A stretch of DNA of 32,000 bases from the NCBI GenBank assembly GCA_012520845.1, contig JAAYNL010000010.1:9058-41057 (forward strand), read 5' to 3'. Below, one piece after another: positions 1 to 8,764 of the stretch. Under the pieces are notes generated by a model. The model was not told where the DNA came from, made no database searches, and saw only the letters and a program-made list of their open reading frames with translations. This stretch comes from Thermoplasmatales archaeon. GTDB taxonomy: Archaea; Thermoplasmatota; Thermoplasmata; Methanomassiliicoccales; Methanomethylophilaceae. The position numbers were made by a program, and so were the translations under genes. Every line of letters begins with the position of its first letter. The first letter of the stretch is position 1.

Positions 1-247
1 GCAGAATCACGGGGCTTGTCGCGGCGGTTCTGTCCAAAACCCTCAGCAGGGAAACGGTCCCCGAATCCACGTCCTCGGTCAGGACGGCGTACTCGAAAAC
101 GCCGTCGTCGAACGTGTCCGCCACGGCAGCGTCGCCGATGCCGGACATGGATGCGACCATGGTTGCGGCCAGCAGCGCCGCCAAAGCAATCGCTAACGTT
201 GTGCGCGTCCCATCCCTCGGGAGCGCCTGCCCACCCGAAGCGCACAT
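1..247 (-). CDS. Partial secreted/surface protein, N-terminus only (runs off the left edge)
   Basis: Reverse-strand ATG at 247 opens MCASGGQALPRDGTRTTLAIALAALLAATMVASMSGIGDAAVADTFDDGVFEYAVLTEDVDSGTVSLLRVL..., open to the window edge; hydrophobic signal-like segment followed by a BspA-like N-terminus. Confidence 0.55.
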   Translation of the reverse strand, partial: MCASGGQALPRDGTRTTLAIALAALLAATMVASMSGIGDAAVADTFDDGVFEYAVLTEDVDSGTVSLLRVLDRTAATSPVIL

Positions 248-508
248 CGCCTTCTCTTAATACTTACGGATATAAAAACTCAGCATATCGTCTGACGTTT
301 GTCCAACAACCAGATTCCTTTCGTCATACATATAAGGAATTTTTTAGCATGAATTTATTCATAAATGAATTGGATTGTGGATGACGTTATTCGTATGGAT
401 TCTACGTTATTCGAAAAAAATACACCCGTTATTCCTCAAATCGTTATCCCTGTTCAAGTTCCTGAGTACCTTTTAAGAACTATGAAACAATTGAGTGGGT
501 TGGTCTAT

Positions 509-1066
509 ATGGATTTGGAAATCTGTTGGCATGGAAGAGGCGGCCAAGGCGCCGTCACCGCGAACGAGATCCTGGCTGAGACCGCCATCCGCGGGGGCAA
601 GTACGTAAAGGCGTTCCCCGAATTCGGCCCCGAGAGGATGGGCGCGCCCATACGGGCGTTCACCAGGATTTCCGAGAAACCCATCAAGGTCCACAGCCAG
701 GTCTACGAGCCTGACGTGGTGATAGTCCTTGACGGGACCCTCGTCGGCAAGGTGAACATCACCGGCGGCCTGAAAAAGGGCGGCATAATCCTGGCCAATT
801 ACGTCGGGACCCCCGAGGAGCTCCAGAAGGCGCTCGGCACCAAGGAAAGGTGCCACACGTTGGACGCGACGAAAATCTCCATCGAGGAAATCGGGAGGCC
901 CGTTGCGAACACCGCCATGCTCGGCGCGTTGGCCAAGGTCACACCGGCGATTCCGTACGACGTGCTGGAAGACGAGATCACCGCCAAATTCACCGGCAGG
1001 CTGCCGGATAAGGTAATCGTGAAGAACCTTTCCGCCCTCAAGAGGGCCTACGACGAGGTGGTGTGA
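509..1066 (+). CDS. porG: Pyruvate:ferredoxin oxidoreductase gamma subunit
   Basis: MDLEICWHGRGGQGAVTANEILAETAIRGGKYVKAFPEFGPERMGAP is typical of the 2-oxoacid oxidoreductase gamma domain; internal ATG at 509 preferred over the 365 ORF start; followed by porD, porA and porB. Confidence 0.93.
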   Translation: MDLEICWHGRGGQGAVTANEILAETAIRGGKYVKAFPEFGPERMGAPIRAFTRISEKPIKVHSQVYEPDVVIVLDGTLVGKVNITGGLKKGGIILANYVGTPEELQKALGTKERCHTLDATKISIEEIGRPVANTAMLGALAKVTPAIPYDVLEDEITAKFTGRLPDKVIVKNLSALKRAYDEVV

Positions 1067-1067
1067 G

Positions 1068-1334
1068 ATGGCAGCCGAGAAGCTGATCGTCGGCGGCCGC
1101 GTCATCGAGCCGGGCAAGGCCGAACAGTTCGAGACCGGCGACTGGAGGACCTTCACCCCGGTCCTCGACAGGGAACTGTGCATCGACTGCATGACCTGTT
1201 GGATCTACTGCCCGGACAGTTCCGTGATCGTCAAGGACAGCAAGATGATGGGTTTCAAGCTGACCCACTGCAAGGGGTGCGGCATCTGCGCGAAGATGTG
1301 CCCCAAGAAAGCGATAACGATGGAGGAGGTGTGA
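1068..1334 (+). CDS. porD: Pyruvate:ferredoxin oxidoreductase delta subunit, 2x[4Fe-4S] ferredoxin
   Basis: 88 aa with CIDCMTCWIYCPD and CKGCGICAKMCPKKAI cluster motifs; operon context. Confidence 0.93.
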   Translation: MAAEKLIVGGRVIEPGKAEQFETGDWRTFTPVLDRELCIDCMTCWIYCPDSSVIVKDSKMMGFKLTHCKGCGICAKMCPKKAITMEEV

Positions 1335-1336
1335 AC

Positions 1337-2497
1337 ATGGCCGACGAAATAGGGATCAACGGCGACAACGCTGTCGCCCTCGCATGGAAACAGATCGACC
1401 CGGACGTCTGCGCCGCGTACCCGATAACGCCGCAGACCATCATCGTCGAGACGTTCTCGGAATACGTGGCCAACGGTGACGTCGGCACCGAATTCGTGTG
1501 CGTCGAGTCGGAACACAGCGCCCTCACCGTCTGCGTGGCCGCCGCCTCCGCCGGCGCCAGGACCTTCACCGCCACCGCGTCCCAGGGCCTGGCCTACATG
1601 TGGGAGATGCTCCCCATCGCCTCGGCCATGAGGGTGCCCATCGTGATGGCCGTCGCCAACAGGACGCTCAGCGGCCCGATAAACATACACAACGACCACG
1701 GCGACGCCATGTCCGCCAGGGACTGCGGCTGGGTGATGATTTTCGCCGAGAACGTCCAGGAGGCCTACGACAACGCCGTCATGGCCCCGAGGATCGCGGA
1801 ACACCCCGACGTGCAGTTGCCCGTGATGGCCAACCTGGACGGTTTCATCCTCACCCACGCCATAGAGAGGATGAGGCCCCTGGACACCGCCGTCGTCAGG
1901 AAGTTCGTGGGCGAGCACAAGCCCCTGCACCCGCTGCTCGACTGGAAAAAGCCGGTGTCCCACGGCCTGATGGACGGCCCTGAGGACTACTACAGGCACA
2001 AGTACCAGATGGTCGAGGCGATGGAGAAGGCCTTCGGCGTCTGCGAGAAGGTCTTCGCGGACTTCGCCAAGATTTCCGGCAGGAAATACAGCATCGTGGA
2101 GGAATACATGTGCGACGACGCCGACTGCGTCGCCGTCATACTCGGCTCCTCCTTCGGCACCATGAAGGCCACCGTCGACAAGCTGCGCGCCGAGGGCCTC
2201 AAGGTCGGCGCCTGCATGCCCAGGGTCTTCAGGCCGTGGCCAGCGAAACAGCTCGCCAAGGTCCTCGGGGGCAAGAAGGCCGTCCTGGTGATGGACAAAC
2301 ACGTCGGGGTGGGCGCCTACGGCCCCATGTACCCGGAGGTCGTTGCCGCGCTGGCCGGGGGGAAGATGCCGAAGATGCACAATTGCATATACGGCCTCGG
2401 AGGGCAGGACGCCACCGTGGCCGGTTTCGAGAAGATCCTGAAGGCGGTGGCCTCCGGCAAGGCCAAGGAACTCTCCTTCATGGGGGTGGACGTATGA
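1337..2497 (+). CDS. porA: Pyruvate:ferredoxin oxidoreductase alpha subunit
   Basis: Starts MADEIGINGDNAVALAWKQIDPDVCAAYPITPQTIIVE; the ORF-track start at 1178 overlaps porD out of frame, ATG 1337 fits the operon. Confidence 0.93.
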   Translation: MADEIGINGDNAVALAWKQIDPDVCAAYPITPQTIIVETFSEYVANGDVGTEFVCVESEHSALTVCVAAASAGARTFTATASQGLAYMWEMLPIASAMRVPIVMAVANRTLSGPINIHNDHGDAMSARDCGWVMIFAENVQEAYDNAVMAPRIAEHPDVQLPVMANLDGFILTHAIERMRPLDTAVVRKFVGEHKPLHPLLDWKKPVSHGLMDGPEDYYRHKYQMVEAMEKAFGVCEKVFADFAKISGRKYSIVEEYMCDDADCVAVILGSSFGTMKATVDKLRAEGLKVGACMPRVFRPWPAKQLAKVLGGKKAVLVMDKHVGVGAYGPMYPEVVAALAGGKMPKMHNCIYGLGGQDATVAGFEKILKAVASGKAKELSFMGVDV

Positions 2498-3444
2498 CCC
2501 GCAGATCCCTGAAGGACCTGGCGAACGACTCGAAGGTGCGCCTCACGTCAGGCCACAGGCTCTGCGCCGGGTGCGCCGAGAGCATAATCGCCAGGCAGGT
2601 GATGATGGCCACGGACAAGCCGTTGGTCGTCACCAGCGCCACCGGGTGCTTCGAGGTCTCCACCTCGATATTCCCGTACACCGCCTGGAACGTGCCGTGG
2701 ATACACACGGCGTTTGGCAACAGCGCGGCCACCTGCGCCGGGACGGAAGCGGCCTACAAGGCGCTGAAGAGGAAGGGCAAGGTGAAGGACGACATCAGGT
2801 TCCTCTGCTTCGCCGGCGACGGCGCCACCTACGACATCGGCTTCCAGTCGCTGTCCGGCGCCCTGGAGCGCGGCCACCAGATGATGTACGTCTGCTTCAA
2901 CAACGAGGCGTACATGAACACCGGCATCCAAAGGTCCGGCGCGACCGGCTTCGCGGCGTCCACCACGACGTCGCCCGTCGGCAGCGACATCACGGGCAAG
3001 ACCCAGTTCCCCAAGGACCTGACCATGATCGTCGCGGCCCACGACATACCCTACGCGGCCCAGGTGTCCCCCCACAACTGGAGGGACCTCATAGCCAAGG
3101 CCGAGAAGGGCTTCGAGTGCGGCGGCCCGGCTTTCCTCAATGCCATATCCACCTGCCCCCGCGGATGGAGGACGGGCACCGACTCCGCCATCGTCATGGC
3201 GAAACTCGCGGTCGAAACCTGCGTCTGGCCCCTATACGAGTACGAGAACGGCAGGTTCGCCCTCACCGGCGAGAGCGCCAGGATCGCCGAGGGCAAGATG
3301 GAGAAGAAGCCCGTCACCGAGTGGATCGCCGCCCAGGGCAGGTACAGGCACCTTGCCGGGGACAAGCACCTCGGCATCGTGGAGCGCATGCAGGCGGACA
3401 TCGACCGCAGGTGGGAAAGGCTCCAGAAGCTCTGCAAACTCTGA
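2494..3444 (+). CDS. porB: Pyruvate:ferredoxin oxidoreductase beta subunit (TPP-binding)
   Basis: MTRRSLKDLANDSKVRLTSGHRLCAGCAESIIARQV... with GDGATYDIGFQSLSGALERGH (TPP motif); ATGA overlap with porA. Confidence 0.93.
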   Translation: MTRRSLKDLANDSKVRLTSGHRLCAGCAESIIARQVMMATDKPLVVTSATGCFEVSTSIFPYTAWNVPWIHTAFGNSAATCAGTEAAYKALKRKGKVKDDIRFLCFAGDGATYDIGFQSLSGALERGHQMMYVCFNNEAYMNTGIQRSGATGFAASTTTSPVGSDITGKTQFPKDLTMIVAAHDIPYAAQVSPHNWRDLIAKAEKGFECGGPAFLNAISTCPRGWRTGTDSAIVMAKLAVETCVWPLYEYENGRFALTGESARIAEGKMEKKPVTEWIAAQGRYRHLAGDKHLGIVERMQADIDRRWERLQKLCKL

Positions 3445-3450
3445 AACCGA

Positions 3451-3480
3451 GGGGGGCGACCCCCTCTTTTTTATTTTTTA
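3451..3480 (+). terminator. Hairpin plus U-tract terminator-like element after porB
   Basis: ggggggcgacccccTCTTTTTTATTTTTTA: G5/C5 stem with short loop followed by T-rich tract, 6 nt after the porB stop. Confidence 0.6.
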
Positions 3481-3585
3481 CTTCATCCGAAGCTACCTTT
3501 GACGCACCATACCCACAATTGATTGGTTTTGATGCATCCAGTCGCCATGAAACAATGAATTGTCGTTTCCTACGATACAATTAAC

Positions 3586-3593
3586 TTTAAATA
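3586..3593 (+). promoter_or_regulatory. Archaeal TATA box of the 5S rRNA gene
   Basis: TTTAAATA about 17-24 nt before the predicted 5S 5' end at 3610. Confidence 0.65.
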
Positions 3594-3609
3594 CGAGCCG
3601 TCCATCGTC

Positions 3610-3731
3610 GTGGGCGGTATGACGGCCAAAGCGGCGGGGATACACCCGGTCCCATTCCGAACCCGGCAGTAAAGTCCGCCCGCGCACCGATCTGTACTGT
3701 ATTGCGCAAGCGTACGGGAAAACCGGCCCGC
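3610..3731 (+). rRNA. rrf: 5S ribosomal RNA, stand-alone gene
   Basis: Conserved core GCGGCGGGGATACACCCGGTCCCATTCCGAACCCGGCAGTAAAGTCCGCC; ends GTGGGCGGT / ACCGGCCCGC form helix I with one bulge; about 122 nt; T6 tract follows at about 3742. Confidence 0.93.
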
Positions 3732-3793
3732 TGTCAGCCTCTTTTTTCTCCCCCCGGCGGTGGGGATGACGACCGCCATCCTTTTTCAAAAAT

Positions 3794-4519
3794 TCAGAAC
3801 AGGAGATGCACGATCGTCGCCGCCAGCAATGCGCCGAAAACGCCCGTCAACGCGTTGTTCGCGTACTTGCTTATGAAACCCCGGGATTCGACGGTCGCCC
3901 CGAGCACGCTGTCCATCATGCACCCGGCCAACCCGGCTACGATGGGGACGAAAACCAGGGCGTCGTAGGAAATACCGAATATCACCACCCAGCCTATCGC
4001 CGTGGAGACGACGGCGCCCAGCAGGGCGACGCCCGTGCCGTACAGCGAGACGCCGCCGTCCGTGCCCACCGGCACTTTCTTCATGTTCGTTATCAAACGC
4101 ACGTTCTCGGACTTCACGCCGATCTCGCTGGCCACGGTATCCGCCGCCGCCACGGACACGGCGGAAATGAACGCGACGGACGCCATGGTCGGGTCGACCC
4201 CCGGGATCAACCCGAACAGGGCGGCGAAGATGCAGGGCACGCCGACGCCGAGGACGTTCCTGGCGCGCCTCTCGCCGTGCCTCCCCTCCTGCAGACCCCT
4301 CTCCTTTTTCTCGGAGATGTTGGAAAGGGTGGCCAGAAACCCCAGGAGCGTGAACGCTATTATAACGAGCAGCCACCGTATCGAACCGAGGAGCCCCACG
4401 GCTAGACCCACCGCGGCGGCGGCAACGGCCCCGTCCCAGCTGAGAAGCTTCGCCAGGTACGCCCCGGCGGAGAACCCTATGGAAAGCAGGACGATAAGCA
4501 GGATTTCTGTCCAAACCAC
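3794..4519 (-). CDS. DUF92 family membrane protein (VTE6/phytyl-phosphate kinase-like)
   Basis: 241 aa, several hydrophobic segments, FTLLGFLATLSNISEKKERG and GGVSLYGTGVALLGAVVSTAIGW...GCMMDSVLGATVE typical of DUF92/TIGR00297. Confidence 0.8.
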   Translation of the reverse strand: MVWTEILLIVLLSIGFSAGAYLAKLLSWDGAVAAAAVGLAVGLLGSIRWLLVIIAFTLLGFLATLSNISEKKERGLQEGRHGERRARNVLGVGVPCIFAALFGLIPGVDPTMASVAFISAVSVAAADTVASEIGVKSENVRLITNMKKVPVGTDGGVSLYGTGVALLGAVVSTAIGWVVIFGISYDALVFVPIVAGLAGCMMDSVLGATVESRGFISKYANNALTGVFGALLAATIVHLLF

Positions 4520-4567
4520 GGGACGTCAGAGGAATGTGCGCTATTAATTCTTGGCGGATGCGCCCGC

Positions 4568-4837
4568 TCAAATCCCGGATACGAGACCCAGCAGGTATTT
4601 TGCCTTGTCCACGGCGGCGTCCCTGTCCTCCAACGGGAAGAACATGATCTTGCCCTGGGCGTAAAGGGTCACCTCCATGCCTTCCCAAGACATGGTGACC
4701 ATGGCGCCGTCGAATCTGCCCAGATCGCCCACCGCCGACAGCGTCTCCGCCGCCTTGGCCAAATCGAGACCCAGGTCCTTCTCGGGCGATACCATGAGCG
4801 CCTTCCCGCCGCACAGCCTGGTGACGGAGTACCTCAT
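4568..4837 (-). CDS. Small conserved hypothetical protein
   Basis: 89 aa from ATG 4837 (MRYSVTRLCGGKALMVSPEKDLG...FPLEDRDAAVDKAKYLLGLVSGI); overlaps the preceding kinase gene by 4 nt. Confidence 0.7.
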   Translation of the reverse strand: MRYSVTRLCGGKALMVSPEKDLGLDLAKAAETLSAVGDLGRFDGAMVTMSWEGMEVTLYAQGKIMFFPLEDRDAAVDKAKYLLGLVSGI

Positions 4838-5367
4838 CCCCGGAGCGCCCCCGCCACCTCCCCGGAACGTTCCCAGAATTCCTCGAGGGAGCCTTCGTTC
4901 ACCAGCATCACGTCGGCGAGGACGATGGTCTCCGCCAGGCCCCACCCGATTTCCCTGGCGTCCCTCGCCTCGAATTCCGACGGGTTGGCGGGCGCGTCGT
5001 CCCTCCCCCGTTTCACAAGGCGCTCGTACCTGGTCTCCGGGGAGCTGTGGATCGCCACGACGACGACGTCGTCGGTCAACGATTGGTACGCCCGGACCTC
5101 GTCCCTGCTGCGGCAGCCGTCGACGACGAACACGTCGCCCCCCATGCGCTCCATCGCCCTTTTCGCCCAGATATCGAAGCCGTGCCTGTCCCTCTCCGCC
5201 GACGCGAAGGCCCCGACGGAAAGCGCCCCGTCGGCGGGATCGCGTTTCGAATGGAATTCGCGGACGAGGTCCCCCATCCTCAGGAACGGCAGACCCAATC
5301 TGCGCGTGGCGGAAAGGAATTCCTCCTTGCCCGCCCCGGGCATCCCGGCGATTATGATCAACCTCAT
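4834..5367 (-). CDS. UPF0200-like P-loop nucleotide kinase (adenylate/dephospho-CoA kinase-like)
   Basis: MRLIIIAGMPGAGKEEFLSATRRLGLPFLRMGDLVREF: Walker A plus nucleotide-kinase layout; start 5367 overlaps the end of pyrI. Confidence 0.82.
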   Translation of the reverse strand: MRLIIIAGMPGAGKEEFLSATRRLGLPFLRMGDLVREFHSKRDPADGALSVGAFASAERDRHGFDIWAKRAMERMGGDVFVVDGCRSRDEVRAYQSLTDDVVVVAIHSSPETRYERLVKRGRDDAPANPSEFEARDAREIGWGLAETIVLADVMLVNEGSLEEFWERSGEVAGALRG

Positions 5368-5828
5368 AGCAGATTGTCGGAGATGTTCGTGAGCTTCCTG
5401 TCGCAGTACGCGCAGCGGAGCTTCAGGGGATCCCTGCTGACCACGTTGAACTCCGGGGCGACGGGCTCCCCCATGTTCGTTATGCAGTGGGGATTGCTGC
5501 ACCTGGCCAGCCCGACGATCTTGTCGGCCAGCTTGACCTTGTACTTCTCCGCGACGTAATAATCCCGTATGATGACGATCGTGGCGTTGGGCGCTATCAG
5601 CGCTATCTTGTCCACGGTCTCCGGGTCGAGCTCCCGGTCCTCGAGCTTGACGACGTCCTTCCACTTCATCCCCTTCTGGGAAGGCACCTTGATGACGACG
5701 CTGATTGTGGAGTCGATGCTGTGCTCGTTCACGCCCAGGATCTTCAGCACGTTCAGCGCCTGGCCGGCGGTGATGTGGTCTATGACCGTGCCGTTCCTTA
5801 TGGGCGCAACCCTGATTTCCTTCATCAC
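5364..5828 (-). CDS. pyrI: Aspartate carbamoyltransferase regulatory chain
   Basis: KEIRVAPIRNGTVIDHITAGQALNVLKILG...ARCSNPHCITN...LRCAYCDRKL: canonical N-terminus and zinc motif. Confidence 0.95.
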   Translation of the reverse strand: MMKEIRVAPIRNGTVIDHITAGQALNVLKILGVNEHSIDSTISVVIKVPSQKGMKWKDVVKLEDRELDPETVDKIALIAPNATIVIIRDYYVAEKYKVKLADKIVGLARCSNPHCITNMGEPVAPEFNVVSRDPLKLRCAYCDRKLTNISDNLL

Positions 5829-6763
5829 AGCTCACCCCCGAGGATCGCCATGAGCAGGGCCATCCTCACGGGTATCCCGTTGAAGGCCTGCTCAAAATAC
5901 TTGGCGTGGGGCGTCCCGTCGACCTCCGGCGCTATCTCGTCGATGCGGGGCAGCGGGTGCATCACTATCATGTCCTTGGACGCCTCCCGGAGGATGGCGT
6001 TGTCGATCCTGTAGGTGCCGGCGACCTTCCTGTATTCCGAGGGGTCGGGGAACCTCTCCCTCTGTATCCTGGTGACGTAGAGGACGTCCGCCCCGCCGAT
6101 GACGCCGCCCAGGTCGGACGTCACGACGGGGTTGCACCCCCTCTCCTCGAGATCCTTGACGATGTCCTCGGGCATCTGCAGCGACTCCGGCGCCACGAAG
6201 GTGAGGTTGGCGCCGAACGTGGTGAGGGCGTCGGCCAGGGAGTGCACGGTCCTGCCGTACTTCAGGTCGCCCACCAGGGCGATGTTGAGGCCGTCTATCC
6301 TGCCCTTCGCCCTCTTGATCGTGAAAAGGTCGAGCAGGGTCTGGGTCGGGTGCGACCCGGCCCCGTCGCCGGCGTTTATTACCGGGTTCTCGGAGAATTT
6401 CGCCGCTAATCTGGCGGCACCCTCATGCGGGTGCCTGAGGACGATGACGTCGCAGTAGGCGTCGACCATGCGTATGGTGTCGGCGAGGGTCTCCCCTTTC
6501 GAGATGGACGTCTCGGAAACTTGGGAAACGTCGATGACGTCGGCGCCGAGCCTGTGGGCGGCGCTCTCGAAGGAGAGGCGCGTCCTGGTCGACGGCTCGA
6601 AGAACAGGTTGCCGACTATCTTCCCGGCCAAGGGCCTGGCGACCTTCTCGCCGTTGGCGTAGGGCACCATCTTGGCGGAAAGGTCCAGGATGGATTCTAT
6701 CTGTCCCCGGGTCATGTCCCTTATCGACACGATGTCCTTGTCGTAGAAATCCGGATTGCTCAC
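5825..6763 (-). CDS. pyrB: Aspartate carbamoyltransferase catalytic chain
   Basis: FFEPSTRTRLSFESAAHRLGADVI, DVIVLRHPHEGAA, HPTQTLLDLFTI, MHPLPRIDEI; probable GTG start at 6763 (SNPDFYDKDIVSIRDMTR). The 773-aa upstream extension in the ORF track is spurious. Confidence 0.93.
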   Translation of the reverse strand: MSNPDFYDKDIVSIRDMTRGQIESILDLSAKMVPYANGEKVARPLAGKIVGNLFFEPSTRTRLSFESAAHRLGADVIDVSQVSETSISKGETLADTIRMVDAYCDVIVLRHPHEGAARLAAKFSENPVINAGDGAGSHPTQTLLDLFTIKRAKGRIDGLNIALVGDLKYGRTVHSLADALTTFGANLTFVAPESLQMPEDIVKDLEERGCNPVVTSDLGGVIGGADVLYVTRIQRERFPDPSEYRKVAGTYRIDNAILREASKDMIVMHPLPRIDEIAPEVDGTPHAKYFEQAFNGIPVRMALLMAILGGEL

Positions 6764-6862
6764 GATGCGTGTATGCGCATCGGGCCGATATAATCTTTGC
6801 ATCCGGCCGCCGTCGTCGGGCATTGCGTACAAACAATATACCCGGTATCCCATCGACGGGCG

Positions 6863-8524
6863 ATGTTCGAGGTGACTCACCGTTCCCACAGGGGGCGCTC
6901 CTGCCTGCTGACGTTGCCCGGCGGGACCCTTTCCACCCCCGCGTCCCTGGGGGCGGAAGGCCCCTTTTCCGTGTCTGTCGGCGAAGGGGGTCGGTCGCTG
7001 CGCCTCGGCGATTCCGTTATGCGTTTGGACGGCAAGGTGTCCAAAACTAAATCTTCGGGGCCGTTCGCCCCCGAGATCGTCGGGAACGTCGCGCTCATAA
7101 GGATGCCCATAGCCCCGGGATCCGAGAAACCGAAGGACGTCGAGGCCGTCGTCGTCACCAACGCGGCGGAGCTTCGCCTCGACCCGAGGGCCGCGGTGGA
7201 GGCCGTCGTATCCGCCCGGGAATACGCCGGGCACGGGGCGGCGTTGATCGCCCCGGGCCTTGCCGACCCGTCCAACGCCGCGATCTACGCCTGCATGGGC
7301 ATAGACGCCTTCGACGACTCCGTCGCCGCCGCGATGGCCGAAATGGGTGTGCTGGCACTTCCCACGGGACAGGTGTTTTCCGACGACGCCACCATCGAGG
7401 GCAACGTATCCGAGATGCGTCGCGAAATCGGGTTGATACGCACGTACATCGAAGCCGGGAGGCTTAGGGAACTCGCGGAAATAAGGGCGGCTTCGAACCC
7501 GTTCAACGTCGCCCTCCTGAGGCTGTTCGACTCGTTGGCCGCCGACTACCAGGAGAAGGCTGCGCCCGCCGCCGGCGGGCCGTTCAGATGCAACACGACC
7601 CAATCCCTGATGGGCCCCGACCCCGCCGGCTACAGGCGCAGGTTCGTTGAGAAATACAGGAAACCCGCCCACAAAAGGATCCTGCTGCTGTTGCCGTGCT
7701 CCGCCCGGAAACCGTACCACAGGTCGAAGTCGCACCGCGCGTATTCGTCGGCGGTGCACACAGCCGGGCACGACACCCTGGTGCACGAGGTCATACTCAC
7801 GTCCCCGCTCGGCGTCGTCCCCAGGGAGTTGGACGTGTTCTTCCCCGCGTCCGCCTACGACATACCCGTAACCGGCGAATGGAAATGCCAGGAACGGGAA
7901 TTCATCCGTTCCATGCTCGCGCACCTGCTGGCGCAGGGATACGACGCGGTCGTTTCCCATCTCGGCGACGACGCGGGACTCGTTTCCGACCTGGCGCCGA
8001 TGGTCGAGACGGCGAAGGCGGGGCAGGTCTCCAGGGAATCGCTCGACGCGTTGGACGGGGCGCTCAGGGAAGCGGCCGAGGGCATGCCCAAGGTCGGGTA
8101 CCCGGAAGACAGGTTGGAAACGACGCGTTCGATGCTCGCGTTCCAATTCGACGCGGCCGTCGCCGACGCGCTGCTGGACGGAGCCGAGATCCGCGGCAAG
8201 TACCCGTACTGGAAGGTGTTCCGCGGCAAGGAACAGGTCTGCATGGCCTCCGAGGAACGCGGCATGTTCTCCATGACCCTCGCCGGCGCCGGGACCCTCG
8301 CCCGCATGGGCGTGAAAACCGTCACCGTCGGCGATTTCGACATAAAGGGCAGCGTGTTCGCCGTCGGCGTGCTCGATGCCGATCCGTCCATCCGCGTCGG
8401 CGAGGAGGTCGCCGTCGTGTCCTCTTCCGGATCCGTCGTCGCGACGGGCGTGGCAGCCATGTCAGGCCGGGAGATGGTGGACCTCGCAAGGGGCGTTGCC
8501 GTCAGGATCCGGCACAGGGCCTGA
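6863..8524 (+). CDS. arcS: Archaeosine synthase ArcS (TgtA2) with C-terminal PUA domain
   Basis: PCSARKPYHRSKSH matches the PC-X3-KPY-X2-S-X2-H signature; C-terminal PUA-like domain; ATG 6863 preferred. Confidence 0.88.
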   Translation: MFEVTHRSHRGRSCLLTLPGGTLSTPASLGAEGPFSVSVGEGGRSLRLGDSVMRLDGKVSKTKSSGPFAPEIVGNVALIRMPIAPGSEKPKDVEAVVVTNAAELRLDPRAAVEAVVSAREYAGHGAALIAPGLADPSNAAIYACMGIDAFDDSVAAAMAEMGVLALPTGQVFSDDATIEGNVSEMRREIGLIRTYIEAGRLRELAEIRAASNPFNVALLRLFDSLAADYQEKAAPAAGGPFRCNTTQSLMGPDPAGYRRRFVEKYRKPAHKRILLLLPCSARKPYHRSKSHRAYSSAVHTAGHDTLVHEVILTSPLGVVPRELDVFFPASAYDIPVTGEWKCQEREFIRSMLAHLLAQGYDAVVSHLGDDAGLVSDLAPMVETAKAGQVSRESLDALDGALREAAEGMPKVGYPEDRLETTRSMLAFQFDAAVADALLDGAEIRGKYPYWKVFRGKEQVCMASEERGMFSMTLAGAGTLARMGVKTVTVGDFDIKGSVFAVGVLDADPSIRVGEEVAVVSSSGSVVATGVAAMSGREMVDLARGVAVRIRHRA

Positions 8525-8577
8525 GGACCACTTTCGGAGAAAACGGGCCACTTTCGGCCACCTCCCCCCTCCTTCCT

Positions 8578-8586
8578 TTAAATACA
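8578..8586 (+). promoter_or_regulatory. Candidate archaeal TATA box
   Basis: TTTAAATAC in the intergenic region 3' of arcS, about 195 nt before the SBP gene. Confidence 0.4.
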
Positions 8587-8651
8587 ATACCTGCGTAGAC
8601 AGTATTAGAAGCGAAAAAAACGCATCCCCATGCTATCGCTTCACCCTCTGC

Positions 8652-8700
8652 GGGCGGAAGGAACCCATCCCATCTTTCCATCCCCTTCCGCCCGGTTTTT
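8652..8700 (+). terminator. Stem-loop plus T5 tract in the leader of the substrate-binding protein gene
   Basis: GGGCGGAAGG (8652-8661) and CCTTCCGCCC (8684-8693) form a perfect 10-bp inverted repeat, followed by GGTTTTT. Confidence 0.5.
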
Positions 8701-8739
8701 ACCCCTCCAGATTCTCGTATTTTAAAGATTTCTTCATAC

Positions 8740-8764
8740 TTCGATAAGTATTATTAATATCGAA
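8740..8764. promoter_or_regulatory. Candidate operator (inverted repeat)
   Basis: TTCGATA-N11-TATCGAA, perfect 7-bp arms, 15 nt before the SBP start codon. Confidence 0.4.

Noticed and set aside
1205-2380. 391-aa minus ORF opposite porA
   Set aside because: Antisense shadow of a confidently assigned gene; His/Val/Asp-rich translation typical of high-GC antisense frames.
3493-3789. Small ORFs over the 5S rRNA region
   Set aside because: They cover the 5S rRNA and its promoter; conserved rRNA sequence explains the segment.
6764-8146. Minus-strand extension of pyrB to a 773-aa ORF
   Set aside because: It runs antisense through arcS, is Arg/Gly/Val-rich with no domain, and the pyrB domain begins only at about 6763; GC-rich shadow ORF.
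8528-8557. Direct repeat CCACTTTCGG x2 (20-nt spacing) after arcS
   Set aside because: Only two 10-nt copies with no further units or flanking structure; not enough for a repeat element or CRISPR.
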